The translations under genes were made by a program, and so were the position numbers. A DNA stretch of 64,000 nt from Mobula hypostoma (Eukaryota), in assembly GCF_963921235.1 (NCBI RefSeq), contig NC_086118.1, forward strand, positions 29,390,001 to 29,454,000, given 5' to 3'. Shown piece after piece: positions 40,538 to 51,955 of the stretch. The number at the start of each line of letters is the position of its first letter. Within the stretch, counting starts at the first letter, position 1. The notes under the pieces were generated by a model. The model worked only from the letters and a program-made list of their open reading frames with translations. It was not told the DNA's origin and did not search any database.

Positions 40538-41213
40538 CAATCGTCCCTCGGTATCTGCGGGGGTTTGGTTCCAGGAACCCCCCGTGGATACCAAAATCCG
40601 CGGATGCTCAAGTCCCTTACATAAAATGGCATAGTATTTGCATATAACCTACGCACATCCTCCTGTATACTTTAAATCATCTCTAGATTATTTATAATAC
40701 CTAATACAATGTAAATGCTATGTAAATAGTTGTTATACTGTATTGTTTAGGGAATAATAATAAGAAAAAAAAAGTCTGTACATGTTCAGTACAGACGCAA
40801 CCATCGTAGCTCTTCTGGGATCACTGATGCTGCCTCGGCATCAGCCGATGCTGATCCTCCCGTGATCTTTAAGTTCTTGAGGCTGTAGCGCTTTACATAG
40901 CTAGCCAGCCATCCCTTCCTAGCTTTAAACTCCTTCCTTTCGCTCACAACACAAGTAGCAAAGAAACGAGATGCGAGGCGAACAATGCTCAAACGATGAG
41001 TACTGGAGAGAGATTGAGGATCTGTGAAATGGCGGGAGGCTACAGCCGGGTATGCCTACACATCACTTCATTCGCGTAGATTCAGCGTAGTGCTCGGCGC
41101 GCGGCAAATTCAAGTCTTGCTTTTTGGAACTTCCTGGAATTTTTAAAAATATTTTTGATTCGCAGTTGGTTGAATCTGCTGATGCAGACCCCGTGGATAT
41201 GGAGAGCCGACTG
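40538..41213 (-). mobile_element. Tigger3/MER2-like non-autonomous transposon with a CENP-B-type HTH remnant
   Basis: TA TSD; TIRs caatcgtccctcggtatctgcgg / ccgtggatatggagagccgactg; ORF 40786-40992 FKARKGWLASYVKRYSLKNLKITGGSASADAEAA. Confidence 0.9.
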
Positions 41214-41247
41214 TATATATTTAAATGAAATACAGAACTATTTAGAG

Positions 41248-42154
41248 TAGTGGTCACCAACCAGTCGATCGCGATCAACCGGTCAATCTTTGAGACTTTC
41301 CCAGTAGATCCCCAAAAAAAATGAAAAATGCGCACTGGGCAGAAAAGACTGGAAACAAAACCCTGCAACCCCAGAAAGAACCTCTCCCCACAAACAGCTC
41401 TCTGCAGCGGGAGCACCGCTACATCACCATTATCATAATCGGTATCAACTTATCTTTATAATGCTCACATTACAACTCTTCTCCCCCTTTAAATTCCAAC
41501 ATTCCCCAAATGTAAAAGAACTGGGAAACAAAGAACAGTGGTGTCATTAGCTTGCGTACCTCTGAAACTTTTGTCTCAGTAACAGTTTACCAATGCAAAA
41601 CACCTGAAAAACATGGCAGATTCAATTTCAATCTAACAAACGAAACTGTCCATTCAAATATTCAGTCTGTCAGGAGGTTTGCGAGGGTACTGTACTGCAA
41701 CAGATGAAAATTATTAAATCTAAGTACAGGGGTTGTCTTACTGACAGACGCCTCACAGACTGTCTCAAACTGGCTGTCTGTAGTTATGAGCCAAATTTCA
41801 GGGAACTAGCAGAAAGTATTCAGTCCCAGTCATCACACTGAGTGCAACAGTCTGTTCTTATTCATTTACTTTCCATGTTGAAATAAAATTAAATAATGAA
41901 ACATAGAATTAAAGGTTTTGGAATGTGAGCATTATAAAAATAAGTAATACCAATTAAGGTAATGGTAACACAGCAACACTCCCGCTACGGAAAGCTGCCT
42001 GCAAAGAGAGACTGCTTCCGGGGCTCCGGGGCTCCACTTCTGGTCCCTTCTGCTCGGTGCGCATGCGTGCGTCTAAACGATTTAGTAGGTCGATCTTGCC
42101 TTTCACTAAGGCCGAGGTAGGGGATCTTGGGCTTAAAAAGTTTGACAACCACTA
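41248..42154. mobile_element. hAT (Charlie-like) non-autonomous element, 907 bp
   Basis: 8-bp TSD atttagag (41240-41247 / 42155-42162); TIRs tagtggtcaccaacc / gtttgacaaccacta. Confidence 0.88.
41328..42064 (-). repeat. Internal ~143-bp inverted repeat (arms 41328-41471 and 41922-42064) with G-U-biased mismatches
   Basis: Manual alignment of the left arm with the reverse complement of the right arm is colinear with one gap. Confidence 0.88.
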
Positions 42155-43036
42155 ATTTAGAGTATTACTACGGTACTATAAGCTACATATTGGTTCCTAA
42201 TATATACCGACGAAGGAACTCATTCATGTATGCTGCTGTGTTCTTTTGATTGACTGCAAATGAACAAAATCAGTGCAGACATCTAGTGCAGATAATGGAT
42301 TGCCTTCATACAATGAGTTTGACAATTGCATCTTCCAAATTTTTGTTCTCATTACAACATTCAAGATGATTATTGATACCTTTAAATTCTTTTTAGGTCC
42401 TAACTTGTTGAAGTAGTGAAATTTTTTGATTTTCACTCATGCCCTGTTCAATTTAACACCTGACTGTTTCTAGCATCTGCAAGCCTAAATGCTTGGATCC
42501 ACACTGAGCAACACAGTTCTGAATTATGTTACTGCTTATTTCTTGCCAAATATTAGTGACAAAATTTACTGCTTTTTGAACACAAACACACACAATTATT
42601 TAAAAACTATTTGCTCTAAGTACCGTGTAGTGTCTAACGGCCACATAAGTGAACACAACTGATGCTAGTTAGAAATGGTTCACCAGCATGTCCTGTCCCA
42701 GCAGCAGTGTCCCAAATAAATGAAGGGGATCCTGGCTATTTTCTTGATTAAGTTTTGTTCTTGAAGACTTGTCCCAAATACACGGCTGCCCCCATCAACC
42801 TTTGGCCCAAATAATCGGAATCCACCGTAGTTCCCCTTTTCGAACCACTCTAATTCTAGCCAGCAAATATGATTTTTTGCAGAAAGACACTCACAAGATA
42901 ACTCATTCACTTTAATAAATGGAGCTGAATTCTGATCTTTATTTCTAGAATTCAGTTAGCTTGGTTATTTATTAAGAATGGAATAGAGGTTTTGATGTTT
43001 GACAATACTGGAGGAAGAAGAGGGCAGAGCTTAGTG

Positions 43037-43810
43037 ATGATAGTGCTAAACGGCGGCTCCTTTGCTTACATCTTCTGAAACAGCTTTATTTATTTCTATC
43101 TTTGATATCTCTTTATTTTGCCCTTTCAAGGTTCTTTTGAAGACCCTGACCTGGAATTACACTCTGACTTCGGTTCTTTACAGGAATGGGTCCCGCTCCA
43201 AGGGCCTTACAACCAGCCACTTTTCGATATGCCAAGGACACGGCCTGGAAGGCTAGCGCACCTTCAGGGTGCCAGACGTTCATGGCTCTGGAGGCGGGCT
43301 GATTCAAGTTTGGTGCCACCGACTGACATGTCGCGGGAGAACAAGGAAGATCGGAAACAGCGGGATTGCTGTTGGCTGTGTGCCCAGAGGCACAGAGCTC
43401 GGAAAAAGCAATGCAACAGACTTTTAACACCATAAATCAGCGAGTTGTTTTGTTATGTCTCCCCTCTCACTGTGAAATGGGGACTTCTCTTTTTCCCTTA
43501 TAAGGAGAGGCAGAGCTTGTGGTATGTCAAAGACCGGGTGAACAAGTAGTCTTTGGGGTACTGCAAGTCTGTGTCTTTATTGATACTTTGTGGGGGGGCG
43601 CCGATGCTTCTTTGGGGGTGGGGGTGGGTTCGTTGCCTTGCTGCTGCTTGTGTGTGGGTGGGGGAGCTGGGGGGGACTTTGGGGTTCTAACATTTAATTG
43701 TCATTCATTCTTTGGGGCATTCCTCTGCTTTTGTGGATATTTGCGAAGAAAAAGAATTTTAAGATGTATATTGTATACATTTCTCAGACATTAAATGTAT
43801 CTATTGGAAC
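43037..43810 (+). mobile_element. Unclassified non-autonomous retroposon-like repeat
   Basis: GC/CpG-richer island in AT-rich DNA; G/T-rich 3' part; attaaa plus a short ctattg-type tail; no coding homology recognised. Confidence 0.35.
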
Positions 43811-44191
43811 CTATCGTTATTATGTTATTCTGGGCCTTGGATCAGATTATTAATTTCTCATGGGCCCTATAAATAGATAAAGTAAATTCTAAAATACAGT
43901 GCTGTGCCTTCAGTGAGGGAACATATGGTATGAGAGTGTGTCTGTATCACTCTGAAAGCCTGGGTGGCTTTCTTTGTTTTAGTTTAGCATTTACACATAT
44001 TAGATTTTAAACATCCTTGAATATAGTGGTAGGTAGTTTACTGAACTGCGGGCATTCACATTTTAACTGTGCTAAGCTTATAATTCAGCACAGACCTTGG
44101 GCGGTTGCTCTGCTGTGGTGTGGTTATAACTGTGATGCCATGAAAAGACTCAAGATTCTGAAAAGGCAAAAATGGGGAAGCAATTCATGTA

Positions 44192-46310
44192 CAGGGAAGT
44201 TGACACTCCATGATACATAATCTCTGATCACCCAATTTGTACAAGTATTGATTGTTACTGATTCTTACTTCACAAAATTCCTCACTGAATGTCACAATCC
44301 AGACATTTATGTAATGTCACCCAGACTGTGATATAGAACTGAAGAACATTATCTTTAACCTGTCAGATATGATCTATGGAGAACTGATAGAAAGAGTGGT
44401 CTGGAGTGCCAAAGTGAATGTAAAAATAGATTAATTTTGACAGCATTTAAGAGCAAGGTTGGTTGTTGTTGTGCTTTGATATTTGTGCAGACTCATTTAA
44501 TGTTTCCCCATGGCTTGTTTCCCTTTCTCTTCCAGCTGAATCCATTTTCTTCAGTTTTCTGATGTTGAAAGTAATACTGCTTTGGTTTAATTACTTATTT
44601 AAGTAGTATCAATACTTTCAGTTTAACCTATGATAGCTCTGATTTAAGTCATACATAAAGATATGAAAATTTCTGCTTCTTTGCAAAAAAAAATCAGATG
44701 ATTACTGAAATTTTATTGTCATGCAAACTGAACCTCAAACAATAGACTCAAACTTGCTTAAAATTTCATTGTTATCTTTAAGATAAATCCCCAGATCCGA
44801 AAAACAATTATGGCCCTGAGATAATCAAACATCTAAAGTTGCAAAGACAAAGGAGTAGAGTAGGAATACTGCACACAAAGAAGAAATAATGCTCTCTGTT
44901 ACAAAGTATGGGGATTAAGTGTCTCGGCACTTGTCATGGCATAGACCGACACAAACAAGACACAGCGTCATGCAATATGGATGAGTTCATGCCAATCATC
45001 AAACACCCATTAAAAAATAATCCCACCTTAATTCTCTCTACACTGTCAACATGCAAGCAGATGTGCATTTTAAATTGGCATTTTGACAGGCAATAGGCAT
45101 CATGGGTGAAGGGTCAGTTCAGGTGCCGAACTCTTCTATGTTCTAGGCTTTGTGCTATTTGTCAGCTGTTATATGTTCCATGTTCATCCTCTCAATTCCT
45201 CCACTCACCTATATTAAGGGTAATTAAGGGTAGTCCTAAGGTTGTCATAGCTGGGGGTGGTAGTGGGGATAAGCTCCCACTACCTATAAAATGCTCCAAA
45301 TGGCATGCGACTCTAACAGCCTCTGACAACCAAGTCCAACTCTTGGCTTTCACGTGTGGCTTAGCTACTAGGCCCGGTGGAACTGTTTCTACTGACAAGA
45401 GAAGAGGCAAAGGCAGACCACTGGCGCCTCAAAGCCAGTTGCTTTGGGCAGGTCGGGCTCGTCAGCCTTGGATGGCAGTCCGTCTAGGAGAAGGAAAACT
45501 CTGATTTTAAACATCCGCTGCCTTGCGGCCATACTCGCCCATTTGAAAGGCTTCGTGAGTAAACCACAAGGAAGAAATCCGGAGCCGGGGTCCCTAAGGC
45601 AGTTTGATGTTGTTTACAACTTCACTCTGGCAGCCTCTGTGACGACACTGGTGCCAAGCTGTATCGGCGCTTGCCCTTCCCTTGGACTACATCAGTGACG
45701 TGGAGAGGGGGAACCTGCTGCATGGGCAACCGCCTGTTCTTCAAATCTTCCTGCCCAGGCTTGCACCCTGGAGAGGACACAGTCCACCAGAGGCACAAAC
45801 CCACGATCCCCTGGGATCGATGGCTGCCTACTATTAAGGGTAGTTAATTAACCTATTACTCCACATGTTTTTTTTTTGGTTCTGCGAGGAAAGTGGATCA
45901 TGCAATCACAGGGAGAACAATTAGACTCCACACAGTTAGCTCCAGAGGTCAGGATGGAACCTGAGTCGCTGGAGCCGTGAAGCAGCAGCTCTCCTACCTG
46001 TGCCACTGGAGAGCCTAAATAAGAAATAAGAAAAAGCCAGACATCAACGTCTTCCACTTTTTTGAAAAGAATGGCTTTAACTGTCTATTGTCTCTAAGCT
46101 GATGCCCTGCAATGACTTGCTTTTTCCAATTTCTACAGTTTTCTTACTGGGAAAGCAACTAATATATGGGGCAAGTTGACACTCCATGATATGTAATCTC
46201 CAATCATCTATTTTGTACAAGCTAATATTTATTGGTCATTTTTACTTTGCAGAATTCATTACTGCACATCACACTCCAGATATTTATTTAACGTCACCCA
46301 GATGGTGAAA
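44192..46310 (+). repeat. Diverged ~140-bp direct repeat pair (about 44192-44332 and 46168-46308)
   Basis: Shared aagttgacactccatgata..tttgtacaag..tccaga(c/t)atttat..gtcacccaga. Confidence 0.8.
45235..45832 (+). mobile_element. Non-autonomous RTE-type retroposon (structured 5' region fused to a 3' end; no ORF)
   Basis: 12-bp TSD attaagggtagt (45223-45234 / 45833-45844); gtctaggagaaggaaaactctga motif recalled from RTE 5' regions; 3' part shared with the SINE at 18052. Confidence 0.65.
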
Positions 46311-46412
46311 ATTGTTGATGAATATTAATATTTATTGTTCTCTCTGAGGTGCATCAAGAAGGTGATGAATAATTGAATGGAAGTGAAACTCATGGTTTTA
46401 TTAAGAGAACTT

Positions 46413-46616
46413 GACCTGGTGTAGGATCAGTGATTCCAATCGAGCTAGACCTGGTGTAGGATCAGTGATTCGAATCGAGCTAGACCTGGTGTAGGATCAG
46501 TGATTCCAATTAAGCTAGACCTGGTGTAGGATCAGTGATTCCAATCGAGCTAGACCTGGTGTAGGATCAGTGATTCCAATCGAGCTAGACCTGGTGTAGG
46601 ATCAGTGATTCCAATC
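46413..46616. repeat. Minisatellite, 35-bp unit gacctggtgtaggatcagtgattccaatcgagcta, about 5.8 copies
   Basis: Near-identical head-to-tail copies with no spacers. Confidence 0.95.
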
Positions 46617-46982
46617 ACATAATAAAACAAAAAACACTAGTAAAGGACAAATACAATTTGAATCATTTTAAAATGAATTGTATGCCATCAAATAGATGTT
46701 ATTGTTTTTTTAGGAATTTTTGCGAAGTTTTATATATTTTAGTTCTGCTACTATTTAAACTATTTTAATTTAATTTAATTTTTTTGTTGGCTTTTAATAG
46801 ACTCAAAGTTTCTGAAACATGCATCATTTTTGTCAGGTTTGACAGCTTGTTAAACTAGTTGAGTCAACTGTCATTCGAGGTTTTGTTAGTCGTGGTTCTG
46901 TTACCCATGTGATAGCACTTAGAAATGCATTCACACATGCCAGACGCTTCCACCACAACATCTCTCTGTAATAAGGATAACA

Positions 46983-47769
46983 ACCCAGATAAGTGTGAGG
47001 TGGTTCATTTTGGTAGGTCAAATATGATGGCAGAATTTAGTATTAATGGTAAGACTCTTGGCAGTGTGGAGGATCAGAGGGATCTTGGGGTCCAAGTCCA
47101 TAGGACACTCAAAGCTGCTGCTCAGGTTGACTCTGTGGTTAAGAAGGCATACGGTGCATTGGCCTTCATCAGTTGTGGGATTGAGTTTAGGAGCCAAGAA
47201 GTAACGTTGCTGCTATATGGGACCCTGGTCAGACCCTGTTTGGAGTACTATGCTCAGTTTCGGTCGCCTCACTACAGGAAGGATGTGGAAGCCATAGAAA
47301 AGGTGCAGAGGAGATTTAGGAGGATGTTGCCTGGATTGGGGAGCATGCCTTATGAGAATAGGTTGAGTGAACTCGGTCTTTTCTCCTTGGAGCGATAAAG
47401 GATGAGAGGTTGATGAGAGGCATTGATTGTGTGGATAGTCAGAGGCTTTTCCCCAGGGCTGAAATGGATAACATGAAAGGGCACAGTTTTAAGGTGCTTG
47501 GAAGTAGGTACAGAGGTGATGTCAGGTGTAAGTTTTTTACGCAGAGAGTGGTGAGTGCGTGGAATGAGTGGCCATTTGTGGTGGCATTGATGGTGGAGGC
47601 GGATACAATAGGGTCTTTTAAGAGACTCCTGGATAGGTCATGGAGCTCAGCAAAATAGAGGGCTATGGGTAACCCTAAGTAATTTCTAAGAAAAGGACGT
47701 GTTCGGCACAGCTTTGTGGGCCGAAGGGTCTGTATTGTGCTGTAGGTTTTCTATGTTTCTATGTTTCTA
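46983..47769 (+). mobile_element. CR1 (HER1-like) 3' fragment
   Basis: NPDKCEVVHFGRSN..RPCLEY..YENRLSELGLFSLER; (ttctatgt)n tail. Confidence 0.92.
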
Positions 47770-48147
47770 AAAGGTTTTATCAAGATGTTGACACTGGAGA
47801 TCCCTTAAAGAAAAACTTCCACTTTGCATGCCTTGAGCACAGTTGTCAGGAAGGAAATACTGTCCCATTATACTTGTTAGGGTGTGTTTGGGGTTAGGAC
47901 ATCGAGTAAATATTGACTTCAATGACTAACTTTCAGATTTGAATATACGTTGAAGATTAAACTTGAAAATGCAGCTCAGAACAGTAAAATAGAAACCAGA
48001 CAGATCATGAAACACATGCATGAATCTAATCAACATTCCATTGCATGGATTGGACAGTAATTAACACTTATTTTGGGTGTAATGGTGAAAAGATCCAGGC
48101 AATTGTTACATGTATAGTTCAAAGGATCTCTCTCTCTCTCTCTCTCT

Positions 48148-49051
48148 GATGATTTGCTAACGATACAACCATTGTTGGTAGAATCTCAGGTGGTGACAAG
48201 AGGGCATGCAGGAGTGAGATACAGAATACAGACTAGTGGAGTGGTGCCACAGCAACAACCTGGCACTCAACGTCAGTAAGATGAAAGAGCTGATTGTGGA
48301 CTTCAGGAAGGGTAAGACGAAGGCGCACATACCAATCCTCATAGAGGGATCAGAGCTGGAGAGAGTGAGCAGTTTCAAGTTCCTGGGGATCTAACCTGGT
48401 CCCAACATATTGATGCAGTTATAAAGGCGGCAAGACAGCGGCTATACTTTATTAGCATTTTGAAGAGATTTGGTCAGTCGACAAATACACTCAAAAACTT
48501 ATATAGATGTACTGTGGAGGGCATTCTGACAGGCTGCATCACTGTCTGGTTTGGGAGTGGGGGGCTACTGCACAGGACCAAAAAAAGCTGCAGAAGGTTG
48601 TAAATTTAGTCAACTCCATCTTGGGTACCAACCTACAAAGTACCCAGGACACTTTCAAGGAGTGGTGTCTCAGAAAGGCAGCGTTCATTATTAAGGACCT
48701 CCAGCACCCCGGGCATACCCTTTTCTCACTGTTACCATCAGGTAGGAGGTACAGAAGCCTGAAGGCACAAACTCAGCGATTCAAAAACAGCTTCTTCCCA
48801 TTTGCCATTGGATTCCTAAATGGACATTGAAACCTTGGACACTACCTGACTTTTTTAATGTATAGTATTTTTGCACAATTTTTAATCTATTCAATATACC
48901 TATACTGTATAAAGTATACTGAATAAGATTTACTTATTTATTTCTTATTATTATTATGTTTTTCTTCTATATTATGTATTGTATTGAACTGCTGCTGCTG
49001 TTAACAAATTTCACATCATATGCTGGTGATAATAAGCCTGATTCTGATTCT
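48148..49051 (+). mobile_element. Rex1/Babar-type LINE 3' fragment
   Basis: WCHSNNLALNVSK.KELIVDFRK and HPGHTLFSLLPSGRRYRSL..RFKNSFFP; (ctgatt)n tail. Confidence 0.88.
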
Positions 49052-49052
49052 G

Positions 49053-49125
<73 letters not shown>

Positions 49126-49698
49126 TCTCTATCACACACACACACTCTCTCATCTCTCTTACACACTCTCTCTCCACTCTCTCCCACACACACTCTCTCT
49201 CATCTCTCTCTCTCCTCCCACACACAGTTTCTCTCTCATCTCTCTCTCTCCCACACACACTCTCTCTCATCTCTCTCACACACTCTCTCTCATCTCTCTC
49301 TCTCTCCCACACACAGTTTCTCTCTCATCTCTCTCTCTCTCCCACACACACTCTCTCTCATCTCTCTCCCCCACACACATACTCTCATCTCTCTCACACA
49401 CTCTCTCTTGCATCTCCCTCTCCACACATACTCTCATCTCTCTCACACACACGTCTCTCTCTAATCTCTCTCTCACACTCTCTCTCTCATCTCTCTCCCC
49501 CACACACACACTCTCTTATCTCTCTCACACACACTCTCTCACATCTCTCTCTCAAACACACACCTCTCTCTAATATCTCCCTCACACACTCTCTCTCATT
49601 TCTCTCACACACACACTCCTCTCTCTTATCTCTCTCTCACATTCCTTCTCTCTCAATCTCTATCTCTCTCTCTCTCATACTCTCTCACACACACACCC
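49052..49698. repeat. Compound (CT)n/(CA)n low-complexity tract
   Basis: Pure (ct)n at about 49063-49122, then interleaved tctcatctctc/cacaca units. Confidence 0.95.
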
Positions 49699-49725
49699 TC
49701 CCCCGTGACCCTAAAGGCTGTCAGC

Positions 49726-50597
49726 TGTTACGTACCTCGTGGGTATCTTGTGACTGTCTTATGACCATGATGTAATTGACTGTCTTATGAGCATGATGTA
49801 ATGGTCTTGTGGAGGTCACATGATGTAATTTTCCCACCAGTGTGAGGTCACATGATGACCTGTTCTCAGCAGGTATAAAACAGACCCCTGGTGTGACGCA
49901 GTTAGTTTTCAGCTGAGTTGTTATTTGCTTCGTTGTTACTCCATTATGCTGCATATTCGTATTATGACGCAGTTTCGTTTTAAAACACAGTTTTACTTTC
50001 TATTGTAAGGTAAAATCATTGTGCTGGCAGTTTCACCAATTGCTGCCAGCTTTGTTGGTGTATCTTTGATTTACCTTTACAGTAGTATTGGAGAGTGAAG
50101 ACCTTACTAAAGGATGGGAATCTGAAGGATTGGAATAAAGTTGGAGTTCCAGCAGTTTAATGAAGAATCGACTTAATTGAGGATTCATTCAGAATATGGT
50201 GACCTGTATCTGAGATAACTCCTGCAAGAGCAGGTAAGTTTGTGCAGTGTTCACTTGCCAGGAAAAGGTCAGCTCCTTTAAGCCGTTTTATTTCCTTCAT
50301 CGTGAATCCTTTGGAGAATCAGCAGTAAAGTCACGTCTTTGAAGAAACCCGTTTCCAGAGAAGTCTCTCTTTATTGGCTGTGTAAATCACTTGGACTTTC
50401 GAGTTTACCACTTTAAGAACTGTTTTAGAATTTACCCTTTTAAGAACTGTCCCAGAGTTGCCGTATAGCAGTTAACTTCCAGTTAAGTTAGTGATTTGAA
50501 TACTTTTTGCTATTGTTGAGCTGAGTTTAATAAATGTTTTTGTTTGTTTATAAAACCCTGACTCAATTATATATTCATTGTTGCTGGTCACATGACA
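49726..50597 (+). mobile_element. Solo LTR, 872 bp
   Basis: TGTTA...TGACA termini; 4-bp TSD cagc (49722-49725 / 50598-50601); TATA-like gtataaaa at about 49873; aataaa at about 50529. Confidence 0.82.
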
Positions 50598-50739
50598 CAG
50601 CTTATTTGTGATCTCTTGTCAAATAAAGAGACTACTTCATGTCTACCAGCACTTCTCTCCAGTGACTTCATTCATACATCAACAATTTCATTCACTACTG
50701 GCTCTAAAGCTTAGCCAAGATTTGACTTTAGCACATATC

Positions 50740-51955
50740 GTAGATCCATATCCAAGACTTTTGATAGTATTTCAAAAACATCTCTCCAAAAGTTATCTAG
50801 TTTTATACAAGACCAATACATATGAGTTAAAGTGGCCAGCTCAGTATTACATCTGTCACAAATAGGATTGGTATTGGAGAAAGTACAAGCTAGTTTATCC
50901 TTTGACATATGGGCCCGATGCACTACCTTGAACTGTATCAAGGAATGACAGGCACAAATAGATGAGTTGTTAACCAAACGAAAATTTTACTCCATTGATT
51001 ATCTGAAAATGACTCTTGAAATTCCGATTCGCAAGTGCGTTTAATTTCATCATTAGATATTATGCGTGAGTTCAATAATCGTTTATAGATTATAGCTATC
51101 AACCCTTTTTGAAATGGATTAAACTGAAAGAGAGCGTCTGTCATATCAGGTGGATAAGCAGAAGGGTTATTTGGCAACAGACCACGTAAAAAATTCCTAA
51201 TTTGTAAATATCTAAAAAAGTGTACATTAGATAAATCATATTTATCCACTAACTGAGAAAAAGGCATTAAAAAATACTATTAAAAGTCTTGGATCTGCAT
51301 CTACAACCTAATTTGCTTATGGCAATTTTTGGGATTATCCCATCAGAAACAGGAAATATTCCTGTTTCCGCTCAAGGTATGATAGCCTTTTCGACCTTAC
51401 TGGCTAGGAGAGCCATTTTACTGAAGTGGAAGGATTCTAATCCACCTACGGTCTTTTATCGGCTCTCCTCCATTATGTCCTGTTTAAGTTTAGAGAAAGT
51501 AAGAAGTTGGACTTTTGATGCATCCTTTAAATTTGAGCAAATCTGGTGACCTTTTATCCAATATTTTCATTTAATTTGATTTGTTACTCTTTCAATCTTT
51601 TTTTCCGAAGTTTTAGATTTGGTCAGAGAGTCTTTCTTTCTTTTTCTTGGTCGTATCCTCAAAATGGACTGCCCAGTCCCTTTTTCTTTTGTTTCTTTTT
51701 TTATATATAGTGTAATGGTTTTTTTTCTCTCCATTTAAAACTCAATGTTTTTTCTTTCCTCTTCATGAACTGATAAGAGGAGAATTGCAGTTTTCATTTT
51801 TTTAATTGTATATTCTATACTACCTTAACAATATCTATGATTTTGACAATGTCTATCTTAATCTCGGTTTGTATTATTACTGATATATATACGAGATAAT
51901 CCTCCTCGATTATATTTATGCTCCTTTTAAATCAATAAAAAGATTAATAAAGAAA
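50740..51955 (+). mobile_element. 5'-truncated, 5'-inverted L1 (twin-priming product)
   Basis: 16-bp TSD gactttagcacatatc (50724-50739 / 51956-51971); 50740-51268 encodes ORF2 on - (CDRC..THMYWSC) and about 51272-51955 continues it on + with the 3' UTR. Confidence 0.92.

Larger units (their letters stand above)
40397..42827. mobile_element. Pogo/Tigger-like non-autonomous DNA transposon (outer element of a nest)
   Basis: TA flanks; ~24-bp imperfect TIRs cagtggtttccagttaaatgggac / ggcccaaataatcggaatccaccg. Confidence 0.75.

Noticed and set aside
46413..46616. CRISPR-like 35-bp repeats
   Set aside because: Head-to-tail copies with no spacers, eukaryotic context and no cas genes
48956..49775. 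Long ORFs (205 and 251 aa) rich in S/L/H/T
   Set aside because: Artefacts of stop-free CT/CA microsatellite
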